A stretch of DNA of 64,000 nt. Origin: an uncultured Gammaproteobacteria bacterium (GTDB taxonomy: Bacteria; Pseudomonadota; Gammaproteobacteria; GCA-001735895). This document shows positions 30,935-40,960 of the stretch, piece after piece (the first letter of the stretch is position 1; each line of letters begins with the position of its first letter). The position numbers were made by a program, and so were the translations under genes. Below the pieces are notes generated by a model, which did not search any database, had not been told where the DNA came from, and saw nothing but the letters and a program-made list of their open reading frames with translations. The stretch lies in NCBI GenBank assembly GCA_963835795.1, contig CAWIHJ010000050.1, positions 12,849 to 76,848 on the forward strand. The letters are read 5' to 3'.

Positions 30935-31912
30935 TCATCGATAGTGCTGCAGAATCTGCAGGATGCGACCTTCCACGAAGCTGTGCGCCGCCAGATTTTC
31001 GAGGAAGCCGCAGTGCCCGCCCTCGGGACTGATTTCGATGTGCAGTTGCGGGTTCGCATCGATGCGCGCAATGTCACTCACCGGAATAATCGGGTCGTCG
31101 GCGGCGGCAATCAGGTGGGCGGGTAACGCCAGGGTCGACAGCCGATCGCCGACCAGTGAGTAGGCCTGAAAATAGTCTTCAACCCGCGGATAGATCGTGT
31201 GCCGGGGGATGAACAAACGATTCAGATCGTCGAGCGAACGGGCGCTGGCAAGATCGTCGGCATAATCCAGCTCCGGGAAGCACGCCAGTTTGCGTTGCAA
31301 TGACTGATGCCAACGCCGAAAGAAGTATCGCTCGTAGGCAAAAAACCCATTGTTCAAAGCATCCATCGCGTGGGCCGGGTCGATCGGCGGACAGACCGCC
31401 ACGCATGCGTTCAAACCGAGCTGTTCACCACTATCGGCGGCAATACGTAGTGCAAAACTGCCACCCAGTGAATACCCCACCAGGAATCTGTGCGCGTAGT
31501 CGTGCTGTTCGATAAAACCCTGCAAGGCACTACCGACCTCGGGCGAACGCGTGGAGTTAAACAGTTCGCGGTTCAGGTGGTGCGAATCGCCGTGGTCGCG
31601 CAGGTTGACGCGAAGTACGTCGAATCCCGCGCGCAGCAATATGGCGGTGGTGGTCAGCAGGTAAGACGAACGGCTCGACCCTTCCCAGCCATGCAATAAA
31701 ACCACCAGTGCCGGCGACGTTCGCTCAACGCCATGGTCGAGTTCAGCCAGCAAGCGCGTGCCGTCTTGTGCAGTCAGCACCAGCGAGTGCGACTCGAGAC
31801 GCCTCAATATTCGCCAGGCACGCCACTTGCGCGGACCCTGGCTGTTGAAAATGGTTTGCAGGTGCGCACTGCGCAAGTAGCCGGGCGCTGCAAACCGCTT
31901 CGAATTGGACAC
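30935..31912 (-). CDS. alpha/beta-fold hydrolase (YheT/ABHD1-3-like)
   Basis: LLHGWEGSSRSSY and the nucleophile elbow GYSLGG are present. The protein is 325 aa long. Confidence 0.8.
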   Translation of the reverse strand: MSNSKRFAAPGYLRSAHLQTIFNSQGPRKWRAWRILRRLESHSLVLTAQDGTRLLAELDHGVERTSPALVVLLHGWEGSSRSSYLLTTTAILLRAGFDVLRVNLRDHGDSHHLNRELFNSTRSPEVGSALQGFIEQHDYAHRFLVGYSLGGSFALRIAADSGEQLGLNACVAVCPPIDPAHAMDALNNGFFAYERYFFRRWHQSLQRKLACFPELDYADDLASARSLDDLNRLFIPRHTIYPRVEDYFQAYSLVGDRLSTLALPAHLIAAADDPIIPVSDIARIDANPQLHIEISPEGGHCGFLENLAAHSFVEGRILQILQHYR

Positions 31913-32079
31913 AGTGATTACCCGCTGATCAGGAATCCGGTATGCCGGGTTGGCGTGCCGGAGAAACGTCTATTCTGACATGGAAAATGCATCGCCAGAA
32001 ATATCCATTTCATGCTGCCCGCAACGAACGCCTGCAGATCACCAATGCGCTCCGCAGGATTGTCACCCGCAGCGTTCAG

Positions 32080-32670
32080 TCAATCAAACAGGACCGGGTA
32101 AAGCGTCGCCAGCAACACCAGTGCCATGCTGTAATTGAAAATGCGCAAACGGGTATCGCTGCCGAGAAAACGCTGCAGCTTGCTGCCGAGCACTACCCAG
32201 AGGAATACCGACGGCATGTTGACCATCGCGCAGACCAACGCCACCAGTGCGACCGTGGCCAGGCCCTGCGACGGTGCATAGACGGTCAGCGCGGTCAACG
32301 CCATGCTCCAGGCTTTTGGGTTTACCCACTGGAACAGGGCCGCCTGCAGGGCACTCAGGGGTTTTCCACCCGCCGCGGCAACTTGCGGCCGGCTGGTCGC
32401 GATCTTCCACGCCAGGTAACTGAGGTAGGCGATACTGAAAACACGGAGGATGTCGTAAACGACAGGATAAGTGTCGAACACCCGGATCAGCCCCAGGCCA
32501 ACCAGCACGATCATCAGCAGGAAACCAAACACGACGCCGAAATAATGCGGCAGGGTGCGGCGGATACCGTAATTGGCGCCAGAGGTCATCAACATCAGGT
32601 TGTTCGGCCCCGGCGTTACCGAGGCAACGAAGGCGAAGAGGCACAGGGCGATCAGAATTTCCGCGTTCAT
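32080..32670 (-). CDS. LysE/RhtB-family amino acid exporter
   Basis: MNAEILIALCLFAFVASVTPGPNNLMLMTSGANYG. I prefer the ATG at 32670 within track ORF 32080..32694. Confidence 0.85.
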   Translation of the reverse strand: MNAEILIALCLFAFVASVTPGPNNLMLMTSGANYGIRRTLPHYFGVVFGFLLMIVLVGLGLIRVFDTYPVVYDILRVFSIAYLSYLAWKIATSRPQVAAAGGKPLSALQAALFQWVNPKAWSMALTALTVYAPSQGLATVALVALVCAMVNMPSVFLWVVLGSKLQRFLGSDTRLRIFNYSMALVLLATLYPVLFD

Positions 32671-32743
32671 GGCGCCAATACTAGCTAAAATCAATGCGAT
32701 TTTTATTGCAAATAATGTTCAAACATTTAGCATTCAGCAATAT

Positions 32744-33196
32744 ATGCTTAAATTAGATCGATATAACAGCAATATATTGCGCGAACTGCAATCCAATGGA
32801 CGAATCAGCAACATCGATCTGGCGGATCGCGTTGGCCTGTCGCCATCGGCCTGCCTGCGCCGCGTCCAGGAGCTGGAAAAGACAGGTGTGATCGCCGGTT
32901 TCCGCGCCGTGCTCAATCCCGAGGCGCTCGGCATCGGCTTCATCGCCTACCTCGCGGTTGGCCTCGGCGACCACACGCTACCCTCGCAGCACGCCTTCGA
33001 AGCAGCCATGCGCGACTCCGACGCCGTGCGCGAATGCCACAATGTTACCGGCACCGTCGAATACCTGGTGCGCATCGAAGTCGCCGATATCGCCGCGTAC
33101 AAGGCCTTTCATGCCGGCGTACTCGGCGGTCTGCCGCAGGTCAATTCGATCACCACCTACGTGGTGCTCGATTCACCCAAAAACGCAAACGGATAA
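32744..33196 (+). CDS. Lrp/AsnC-family transcriptional regulator
   Basis: MLKLDRYNSNILRELQSNGRISNIDLADRVGLSPSACLRRVQELEKTGVI. The gene is divergent from the LysE exporter. The ATG at 32744 lies within track ORF 32573..33196. Confidence 0.88.
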   Translation: MLKLDRYNSNILRELQSNGRISNIDLADRVGLSPSACLRRVQELEKTGVIAGFRAVLNPEALGIGFIAYLAVGLGDHTLPSQHAFEAAMRDSDAVRECHNVTGTVEYLVRIEVADIAAYKAFHAGVLGGLPQVNSITTYVVLDSPKNANG

Positions 33197-33199
33197 GTC

Positions 33200-34294
33200 A
33201 TGTCACCGATTCCCGCAACGATGAAAGCAGTGCTACTCACCGGCCATGGCGACCTCGATAAACTGGAGTACCGCGATTGCCCCGTCCCTGCCGTCGGTCG
33301 CGATGAAGTCCTGATCGAAGTTCACGCCTGTGGAATGAACAACACCGATGTCTGGGTGCGCCAGGGCGCCTACGGCACCGATGAAGATCCCGAGGCCGTT
33401 GCCTCCTGGCGCCGCGGTAAACCGACACTGGAATTTCCGCGCATCCAGGGCACCGATACCGTCGGCAAAATCGTGGCGGCCGGAGCAGACGTCGATAGCA
33501 AGCGCCTGGGCGAACGCGTAATCGTCGATTTCAGCATCTACAACGGTGATGGCATCAGCCTGGCCGACATCGACTACATCGGCCATGGCCGCGACGGCGG
33601 CTATGCCGAGTATTGTGCGGTTCCCGCGGCAAACGCGCACGCGATCAACAGCCCGATGAGTGATGCCGAACTGGCCACATTTTGCTGCGCCTACCTGACT
33701 GGCGAACACATGCTCGACCGCGCCGCGGTGCAAAGCGGTGAGCGCGTGTTGATCAGCGGCGCGGCCGGTGGTGTGGGCGGGGGCCTGATCCAGCTCTGCC
33801 GCGCGCGCGGTGCCATTCCTTACGCGATTACCAGCAGCGCCAAGGCCGCTGCGGTAAAAGCGCTCGGCGCCGAGGGCATCGCCCTGCGCGATCAGGGTGA
33901 CTGGGTCGCCCAGGTGCAATCGATGATGAATGGCGCCGCCATCGACGTGGTCGCCGACGTGGTCGCAGGCCCGTTATTCAACGACCTGATCAACCTGCTA
34001 CGGCCCGAGGGCCGCTATACCACGGCGGGTGCTTTTGGCGGTGCGCTGGTAGAACTTGATTTGCGCACCATTTACCTCAAGCACCTGCAAATTCACGGCT
34101 CGTCGCAGGGCACGCGGGCGGCTTTCGCGCGCCTGCTGCAGTACATCGAAAGCGGCCGGATCAGCGCTAACCTGTTCGCCACCTATCCACTCAGCGACTT
34201 CCATCGCGCGCAGCGCGATTTCATCTCAAAAAACTATGTCGGCAAGCTGGTGGTCATGCCAGATCAATTTTTCACAGCGATTGGTGAAGAGTGA
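33200..34294 (+). CDS. zinc-type alcohol dehydrogenase / quinone oxidoreductase (MDR superfamily)
   Basis: EVLIEVHACGMNNTDVWVRQGAYG and the NAD(P) motif ISGAAGGVGGGLIQL are present. Confidence 0.8.
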   Translation: MSPIPATMKAVLLTGHGDLDKLEYRDCPVPAVGRDEVLIEVHACGMNNTDVWVRQGAYGTDEDPEAVASWRRGKPTLEFPRIQGTDTVGKIVAAGADVDSKRLGERVIVDFSIYNGDGISLADIDYIGHGRDGGYAEYCAVPAANAHAINSPMSDAELATFCCAYLTGEHMLDRAAVQSGERVLISGAAGGVGGGLIQLCRARGAIPYAITSSAKAAAVKALGAEGIALRDQGDWVAQVQSMMNGAAIDVVADVVAGPLFNDLINLLRPEGRYTTAGAFGGALVELDLRTIYLKHLQIHGSSQGTRAAFARLLQYIESGRISANLFATYPLSDFHRAQRDFISKNYVGKLVVMPDQFFTAIGEE

Positions 34295-34331
34295 TCCGGG
34301 CAGTAATTCCTGGTGACCAGCGCCAAAGCGC

Positions 34332-35324
34332 TCACTGCTTATCCAGGTAAGCCTCGGCCATGGCTACTGTGCCATCGGTATAGGCACCGCCCATCGCCAT
34401 CGCGGTCGGCGTCTCGCCATGGCTGCCGATCCAGGCGGTCAACAGTATGCGGCGCAGCATGACAAACATCGGCAAGGCTTCTTCATCGGCCGCCGATAAC
34501 GGCAGCACATCGCGATATCCGCTCACCCAGGCCTGTTGCAAAATATCTATCTTCGGCGATGTCTCGATAAAACTGATCGACGCCGCAAAATCGTACATAT
34601 ACCAGCCGAAACCACAGTCATCGAAATCGATCACGGCAAGCTGCTCACCGTCGACGAGCAAGTTGGCCAGGCGCAGGTCCGCATGGATCAGCCCGAATCG
34701 ATCGACTCCGGTACCATAACGCTGCAGCTCAGCACGTAGCTGCCTGACACAGCGTTGCAACACCAGCACGCCGCTCGCTGTCAATCCCGGCGCTTCACGC
34801 CAGTCGCCCCAATGCGGTTGATCGCCGAGGGTAGTGTCGTAGTTCCAGGTCTTGCGTATGAAGCTCGATGGCGGCCGCCATTCGCGTGCATGACGATGCA
34901 GCCTGGCGGTAATCCCGCCCAGTTGCTCGAAACCGGCGCGCAGCTCGCTTTTTTCATCGGGTTCACATCCCGGCATGAATTCAAAAGCGACCACCTGGTG
35001 CGTTTCCCCGGCGTCATCGAAACGGGCCAGCAACTGACCATCACGGGTCGGCATGGGTCGAGGGGTTTGTACAATATCCTGCTCGCGCAGCGCGTTGATC
35101 CAGCTGAGTTCCGCTTCGATTTCGCTGACACTGTGATATCCGGGTCGATGAACGCGGATCACCAACGCCTGCTCGCGCAGCGGATCATCGGCGCGAAAGG
35201 TGGCATTTTCCGATATGCACAGGAGTGAAAGTTGCGTCTGCTCAGACAGTTGCCACTGATCCAGCAGGCCGGTCACGCCCAGACGCAGACGTTCGATCAG
35301 CGCTTGCTGGTAGAGGCCGGTCAT
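34332..35324 (-). CDS. phosphotransferase-family kinase (APH / type II homoserine kinase-like)
   Basis: The motifs LIHADLRLANLLV and VIDFDDCGFGW are present. The protein is 330 aa long. Confidence 0.7.
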   Translation of the reverse strand: MTGLYQQALIERLRLGVTGLLDQWQLSEQTQLSLLCISENATFRADDPLREQALVIRVHRPGYHSVSEIEAELSWINALREQDIVQTPRPMPTRDGQLLARFDDAGETHQVVAFEFMPGCEPDEKSELRAGFEQLGGITARLHRHAREWRPPSSFIRKTWNYDTTLGDQPHWGDWREAPGLTASGVLVLQRCVRQLRAELQRYGTGVDRFGLIHADLRLANLLVDGEQLAVIDFDDCGFGWYMYDFAASISFIETSPKIDILQQAWVSGYRDVLPLSAADEEALPMFVMLRRILLTAWIGSHGETPTAMAMGGAYTDGTVAMAEAYLDKQ

Positions 35325-35365
35325 GCTCTGGCGCGGATGTGATGATTCAGCAAATCAAGCCGAAT

Positions 35366-35782
35366 TCAGGAACTGGCATCACCCGTCAGGCGACGCTTCA
35401 GGTTTTCGTTGATTTTCTCGTACTGCTCAACCAACTTGTCGCAATCCAGCTTGCTGGAATGGCACAGCACCGACATGCCGATGTATATCTGACCATTCTT
35501 GCTGACCACTTCCCGGCGCACCGCGCTCGGGTGCACCGGATGATTTTCCGGGGTAAACGTCCAGATGATGTATTTGCCATCAACCTTGAGGTTAAATATT
35601 GTCCAGCCCTGGGCAAAACTCTGTGTTGCGGCGGGATCTTCGCGCAAGGCTTCGTAGGCTTCCTGCACCGTTTCATAACCAATCGGTGAAGGATTAAGTG
35701 ATTTGACTGTGTCGGTCGCCTGCTGGGCGAACACCTGCGACTGAATTAGCAGCAGTCCTGCTAGCCATCCCAATTGTTTCAT
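35366..35782 (-). CDS. secreted hypothetical protein (138 aa)
   Basis: It has the signal peptide MKQLGWLAGLLLIQSQVFAQQ. Its start forms an ATGA overlap with the upstream cNMP-binding gene. Confidence 0.55.
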   Translation of the reverse strand: MKQLGWLAGLLLIQSQVFAQQATDTVKSLNPSPIGYETVQEAYEALREDPAATQSFAQGWTIFNLKVDGKYIIWTFTPENHPVHPSAVRREVVSKNGQIYIGMSVLCHSSKLDCDKLVEQYEKINENLKRRLTGDASS

Positions 35783-36273
35783 GCTTCCTCCCGCCAGCCG
35801 GTCCCCCGGCCAATCACGTTTTCCAGTATCTCGATTTCCCGCGCCAGTTCACGCGCCAGGTTAATCATCAGCAAACCGAAGTCGGCCGGAAAATCGACAC
35901 GCAGTTGAAAAAACTGCTCGCTGCTGATGTCCACCAACAGGCTGTCCTCGAGCACAACATCGGTTCCATTGTGGGTGGTTAACCCGATCATCAGATCGAA
36001 ACCGATTTGCTCGCCCGGGTTGAATGTCCGCGTCAATACAGAGCAATCGCCAAAGCGCTTGTAAAAGGCGATCTGACCACGCAGCAACACCTGGAACTCA
36101 CTGGCAATTTGATCGAGGCGGGTAATGTATTCGCCCTTGTCATATTGCCGGATCACACCCCTGGTCACCAGGTCGAGAATGACATCATCCGATAATGCGC
36201 CGAAGGTGGATAATTCCTTGAGGAAATCCAGCCCGAGCTCGTCAATTGTCGCTTCGGCATCGAGTATTTTCAT
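35779..36273 (-). CDS. stand-alone cyclic-nucleotide-binding (CAP effector) domain protein without an HTH
   Basis: GVIRQYDKGEYITRLDQIASEFQVLLRGQIAFYKRFGD...FNPGEQIGFDLMIG is a beta-roll pattern. The ATG at 36273 (MKILDAE) lies within track ORF 35779..36297. Confidence 0.62.
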   Translation of the reverse strand: MKILDAEATIDELGLDFLKELSTFGALSDDVILDLVTRGVIRQYDKGEYITRLDQIASEFQVLLRGQIAFYKRFGDCSVLTRTFNPGEQIGFDLMIGLTTHNGTDVVLEDSLLVDISSEQFFQLRVDFPADFGLLMINLARELAREIEILENVIGRGTGWREEA

Positions 36274-36536
36274 CGATCTATCCTGTAACGCAAGCACTAA
36301 TCTTAGGCAATTGCGCTTACAGATCTGTGACCCTTGACAACAAAATAGGTTTTATCCGGACAATTAAAACAACGCCATCGGGACTTTGAAAAACACGACA
36401 AACGATTATGGGGAGTTTACGAATCGACGCTTCGACGACCAGCGCCGAGGGCAACCAGGTAGTGCTGATTGGCGCTGTGGAAAGGCGATTTTATTGACTG
36501 CAGAGCGTGCTCGAAGCGCGTTTTCTGCGGGTAAAT

Positions 36537-37004
36537 TTAGCTCGCTTGCGCCAGTTCGCGAAACTCACCCGAACACAGTTTGGCGATATCGACTATGGGC
36601 ACCGCCTGCTCGGCGTGGGTAAAACAACACATCGCAATCGATTGCAACAAGGCCGAAACGCTGTCGGGAGATGCCTCGCAAACCTGGTCGTCGTCCACGA
36701 CAATTTTTTCCGGCGTGCGCATGATGGGCACGGCCAGGTAGTGCAATGGCTGACGTGGCGCTAGCTGGTAGCTAAGCAGACACACGAACGCGGCTTGGCG
36801 TTGCGAGTGACCCCGGAAAATTGCTCCAATATCCATCACGGGCACCAACCGATCTTGCCAGGCAATCACGCTGGAACAATAGTGGGGAGCTGCGGGAACC
36901 GGGTAAAAATTCACCGCCTGAAGGCACTCGACGATTTCGTGATCACCGACAGCAAAAGTCAGGGCATCGCCACATTCCAGTAACCAGGCGTTGCTTTTGC
37001 TCAT
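36537..37004 (-). CDS. CheW-like domain protein
   Basis: FAVGDHEIVECLQAVNFYPVPAAPHYCSSVIAWQDRLVPVMDIGAIF matches the CheW-domain pattern. The start forms an ATGA overlap with the upstream gene. Confidence 0.6.
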   Translation of the reverse strand: MSKSNAWLLECGDALTFAVGDHEIVECLQAVNFYPVPAAPHYCSSVIAWQDRLVPVMDIGAIFRGHSQRQAAFVCLLSYQLAPRQPLHYLAVPIMRTPEKIVVDDDQVCEASPDSVSALLQSIAMCCFTHAEQAVPIVDIAKLCSGEFRELAQAS

Positions 37005-37435
37005 GCTGCAACATCCACAGCGAGAAACTGGCGCATCGCGTCCACCTGGCTGAACAGCATCAATTGCCCATCCTTCAACAACATCGCCTCCAGTGGATTA
37101 CCCGGATTGCGCATGCAGGGCTGCAAGGGTTTGATTTCATCGGGCGAACCCAGGGTCAGCGAGCTGACGGTATCGCAGGCTAGTGCAAATGCGGGCTGTC
37201 CATCGACATTGAAGGCGACGCAATACTTGTTGCCCGGCGCGCATTGGACCTGCGGGTTAAGATTGGCATCGAGCACGTACACCGGCCATTCAAGGCCACC
37301 TGCACGCAAACTACCAACAGCAACACCATCGCCGGACTCCATACTATTGATCATTTCGATGGTTGCGATACCGGTTTGCGGAAGCAACAACTGCACTCCG
37401 TCAAAGCCGATTACTGCCAGATTGACCTGATCCAT
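37001..37435 (-). CDS. CheW-like domain protein (divergent, ChpC-like position)
   Basis: GFDGVQLLLPQTGIATIE...GSLRAGGLEWPVYVLDANL...FALACDTVSSL. It starts 13 nt after the CheA stop. Confidence 0.58.
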   Translation of the reverse strand: MDQVNLAVIGFDGVQLLLPQTGIATIEMINSMESGDGVAVGSLRAGGLEWPVYVLDANLNPQVQCAPGNKYCVAFNVDGQPAFALACDTVSSLTLGSPDEIKPLQPCMRNPGNPLEAMLLKDGQLMLFSQVDAMRQFLAVDVAA

Positions 37436-37448
37436 GAGCGCTTACCTT

Positions 37449-40400
37449 TCAACCCGCATGGATCGTTACCAGTTCCCGGTCGATCGAGGCCAGAACTTCG
37501 TCCTCGGTAAACGGCTTGGTGATATAGGAATTGACGCCAGCCTGTTCGGCTTGCTGGCGATGCTTGGCCATGGTGCGCGAAGTGATCATAACCACCGGCA
37601 AGGGATTCCACTGCTTGGAGTTACGAATGTAGCCGACCAGGTCGAGTCCATTCATGCGCGGCATCTCGAGGTCGGTCAACACGATATCCGGTGCTTCCGT
37701 CTCCAGCATATTGACGGCCTCAAGGCCATCACGCGCGGTAACCACCTGGTAGCCGCCATCGGTCATCAACTGCGTCAACGAGCTGCGCACGCTGAGCGAA
37801 TCGTCGACTATGAGTACCTTGGGTAGCGCAATTTTGACTGCGGCTCGCGGTGTAACCAGTTGCGTGTCCTTGGCTTTGCCGTGGACATCGCGTTGTTCCA
37901 GCAGGCCGGGTAGATCCAGTACGGTAACCACGCTTCCGTCACCGAGTATCGATACGCCGGCCACACCACTTAAGGATTTGATATAGGCCCCCATGTTCTT
38001 GAGTGACCAGGTCATAGCTACTGACCACCCGGTCTACGGTGACGGCCTTGATACCTTCGGCGGTTTGCACCAGCATCACACTGCGATCGTCAAGACTCTC
38101 ATCGCTCGACTCGCCGGGTTTACCCAGCAGCGAATCCAGGCTGTAAGTGGCATACACCTCCTTGCCCAATTGGTAGGTAATTTTGTTGCCCACCCGGCCC
38201 AGCTTTCCGGTACCCGGCGACAGTATCTGGGTAAGCGCAGTGGTTGGAATGGCGAAGGTTTCATCACGGCCAACACCCACCAGCAAACAGTGGCTGGTCA
38301 ACAGGGTTATCGGCAGGCGCAGCGACACCAGCGTGCCACCATCGGTGCCATCGGCCACTTCCATGCTGCCCTTGAGCCCCAGAATGGCATTGTTGACCAC
38401 GTCCATGCCCACACCACGACCCGATACCTGGGTTACCTTTTCCCGTGTCGAAAATCCGGATTGTAATATCATTCGCGCCAGCGCCCGATTGGTCGGCGAA
38501 TCCTGCTCGTCAATCAATCCATGGCGCAGCGCCGTGCTGCGAATACGATCGTAATTCAGTCCTTTACCATCATCCGCACACTCCACCACGACGCTATTAC
38601 CTTCCTGGCGGAAGCTGAGCAAAATTTTTCCGGTTTCCGCCTTGTTGGCGGCGGCGCGGCGCTCGGCGTCTTCGATACCGTGATCGATCGCGTTGCGCAG
38701 CATGTGCATCAAGGGATCCGCAAGCTTGTTCAGTACCTCGCCGTCAAGCATCAATTCCCCACCGGAAACATACAGCTCTGCCTGCTTACCAGTGCTGCGA
38801 CATACCTGGCGCACGGTACGCTGCAAGCGCGCCGAAATAGTGTTCACCGGCACCATGCGCGTGGTCATGATGACTTCCTGTAACTCCTTGTTGAGTCGCT
38901 GCTGTAACAGAAACAAGGCATTCAGCTCGGACACCTCACTGGTGAACTCACGCAGGATGTAGCGTGAATCGGCAACACCTTCTATGTAGGCGTGCGTGGC
39001 GCCGTAGAATTCGTCGTAGACATCCATTTCCAGGGGGTCAAAGTCAGATCCGCTACTGGCAGCCGCGCCGCGGTGTTGTGCCGCCATACCACGAATACTG
39101 ACCAGGTTTTCCAGTTCGTAACGCCGTTGCTGCAAATCGACGTCATTCTTGCGGATGGTTTTATCACTCCGGTCCAGCCGTTTCAGGTGTTCCTGGATCT
39201 GGCCGATAGCGATCGCCGTTTCACTGACCACGCGAAACATATTGTCCAGTACCACCAGTGGTACTCGAACCGTTTCCGCGCTGGGCGCCTTAGTGGTAGT
39301 GGTTGCCGCTGGCACTGGTACAGCGTCAGCTTTGCGTCGATCGACAATCCCGTCGGGCAGTTCAACCGATGCTCCCTCAAGCCTGCTTCGGCGTTGGGCG
39401 GCGGGACTTTGCGGATCAAGATCATCGAGACGGACATTGCCCTGATCGATTCGATTGGCCCAGTCCAGCACTTTCTGCAATACAAACTGCGCCTCGTCGG
39501 GAGCAGGGGCCAGGCCCTGCAGGCACTCGAGCATGGCTTCAAGCGTATCGGCAGCTTCCTGCATGGTTTCCGCGAGCACCGCCGGCGGGCTCATTTTCTG
39601 CCTGGCAATGTAATCAAAAATATCTTCGAGGTGGTGCGCCAGGTTGGCAACTCCGCTGACGCCGACCAGGTTACCGGAACCCTTGAGCGTATGCGCAATG
39701 CGCTGGGCAGACTCAACATTTTGCTGGATGTTCTCGCCATTCGATATGGCATCCATCAGTTGAGACAGGGTTTCGGCATGACCCGGAGATTCGGCAAAAA
39801 ACGCCTCGGCCAGCTCTTCGCTGACATCGTCGGACATTTGCAGCGAGACATCAGCTGCAGTGGCCTCGATTTGACGCTCTTCGACCACGAGGTCACCGGA
39901 TATTTCGAGCTCACTGGTCAATCCTTCGATCAGATCCCTGACTTTTCGATAGGGTAATGCCTCGGGCCAGTTATCTTTTTCCAGGTAATCCACTACGGCA
40001 AGGCACAGGTCGTCATCGTTGGGTTGCACCAGGTGTTCAATGATAACGCCGGGCCAACCCAGCAACAGTTCTGATGCTCGCGCACGCTCAGCCTGCGGCA
40101 TGTCACCGAACAGGGTGATGTTGTGCTGAACAAACAGGCACACCTGGATTAATCCTTCCAGCCCCAGTTCATCGGCTACCGTCAATATCCGTGCGACAAT
40201 TTCCTGGTAGGCTTCGAGTGTCAGCTTCAGCGCTGCAAGGTCTTCAGTTTCACCAATGGCCTGCGCAAGTATGGCGAGTTCGGGTGTCGCGTCGTGCAGT
40301 TCCGAAGCCAGCATTCCCAGCATGCCACTGGTATCAAAATCAACCGCAACCTCGTCGCCACTCAGGCTGGCGCCCAGCGATACAACTCCATCGTTATCGT

Positions 40401-40875
40401 CATCCAGCAGCACCACGTCCTTGCCCTCGAGCTTATCTCCGGGCGAGGCTTGTGGCGGTATATTGTTCTCCACCAGGGCTGCGTCTGATAGCGCAGACCA
40501 TTCCTGTTTCAAGTCGGCCTGTACCTTCTCGGTTAACGGGCTCAGCAGTAGTTGAACGGCATCCTGCCCAACCGGATCACCCAGATATGATTGCACATGA
40601 TTCAACCATCTAACCAGATCAGCGCCCGATTCCTCGCTCCACGCCACCTGTCCAGTATCAAACTGTGCTTGTATCGTGGTGGTAATCGAACTTAAGCGTG
40701 CCAGCCCGGCCATGTCGGAGGCCCAGGTAATGGTTTCAAGATGCCCACGGCATAGTTCAGCAAAGTCATCTTCCCCGGCTTCGGCGAAACTGCCTGTCGC
40801 ATCGGCAATATCCGCCTGCGCCAGATCGACCAGCGCCAGCAATGCCTCGATACTCTCTGTCTGAATCTCGCTCAT
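37449..40875 (-). pseudogene. hybrid CheA-type histidine kinase (Hpt, HATPase, P5/CheW-like, C-terminal receiver; ChpA-like) with one apparent frameshift near 38001-38006
   Basis: Track ORF 37939..40875 carries Hpt AHTLKGSGNLVGVSGVANLAHHLEDIF, the N box HMLRNAIDHGIE, G1 DDGKGL and G2 GRGVGMDVV, and the first part of P5. The rest of P5 (KNMGAYIKSLSGVAGVSILGDGSVVTVLDLPGLL) and the REC domain (VLIVDDSLSVR...LTDLEMPRMNG...ITKP) are in ORF 37449..38015, in another frame. Confidence 0.85.
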
Positions 40876-40960
40876 AAATCATTTACCCGTGATGACTGAG
40901 ACAACTGCCAGCAGCTCGAAGCCTGGCAGTCGCAACGTCAATTTAGGTCCGCAGGCAGCC

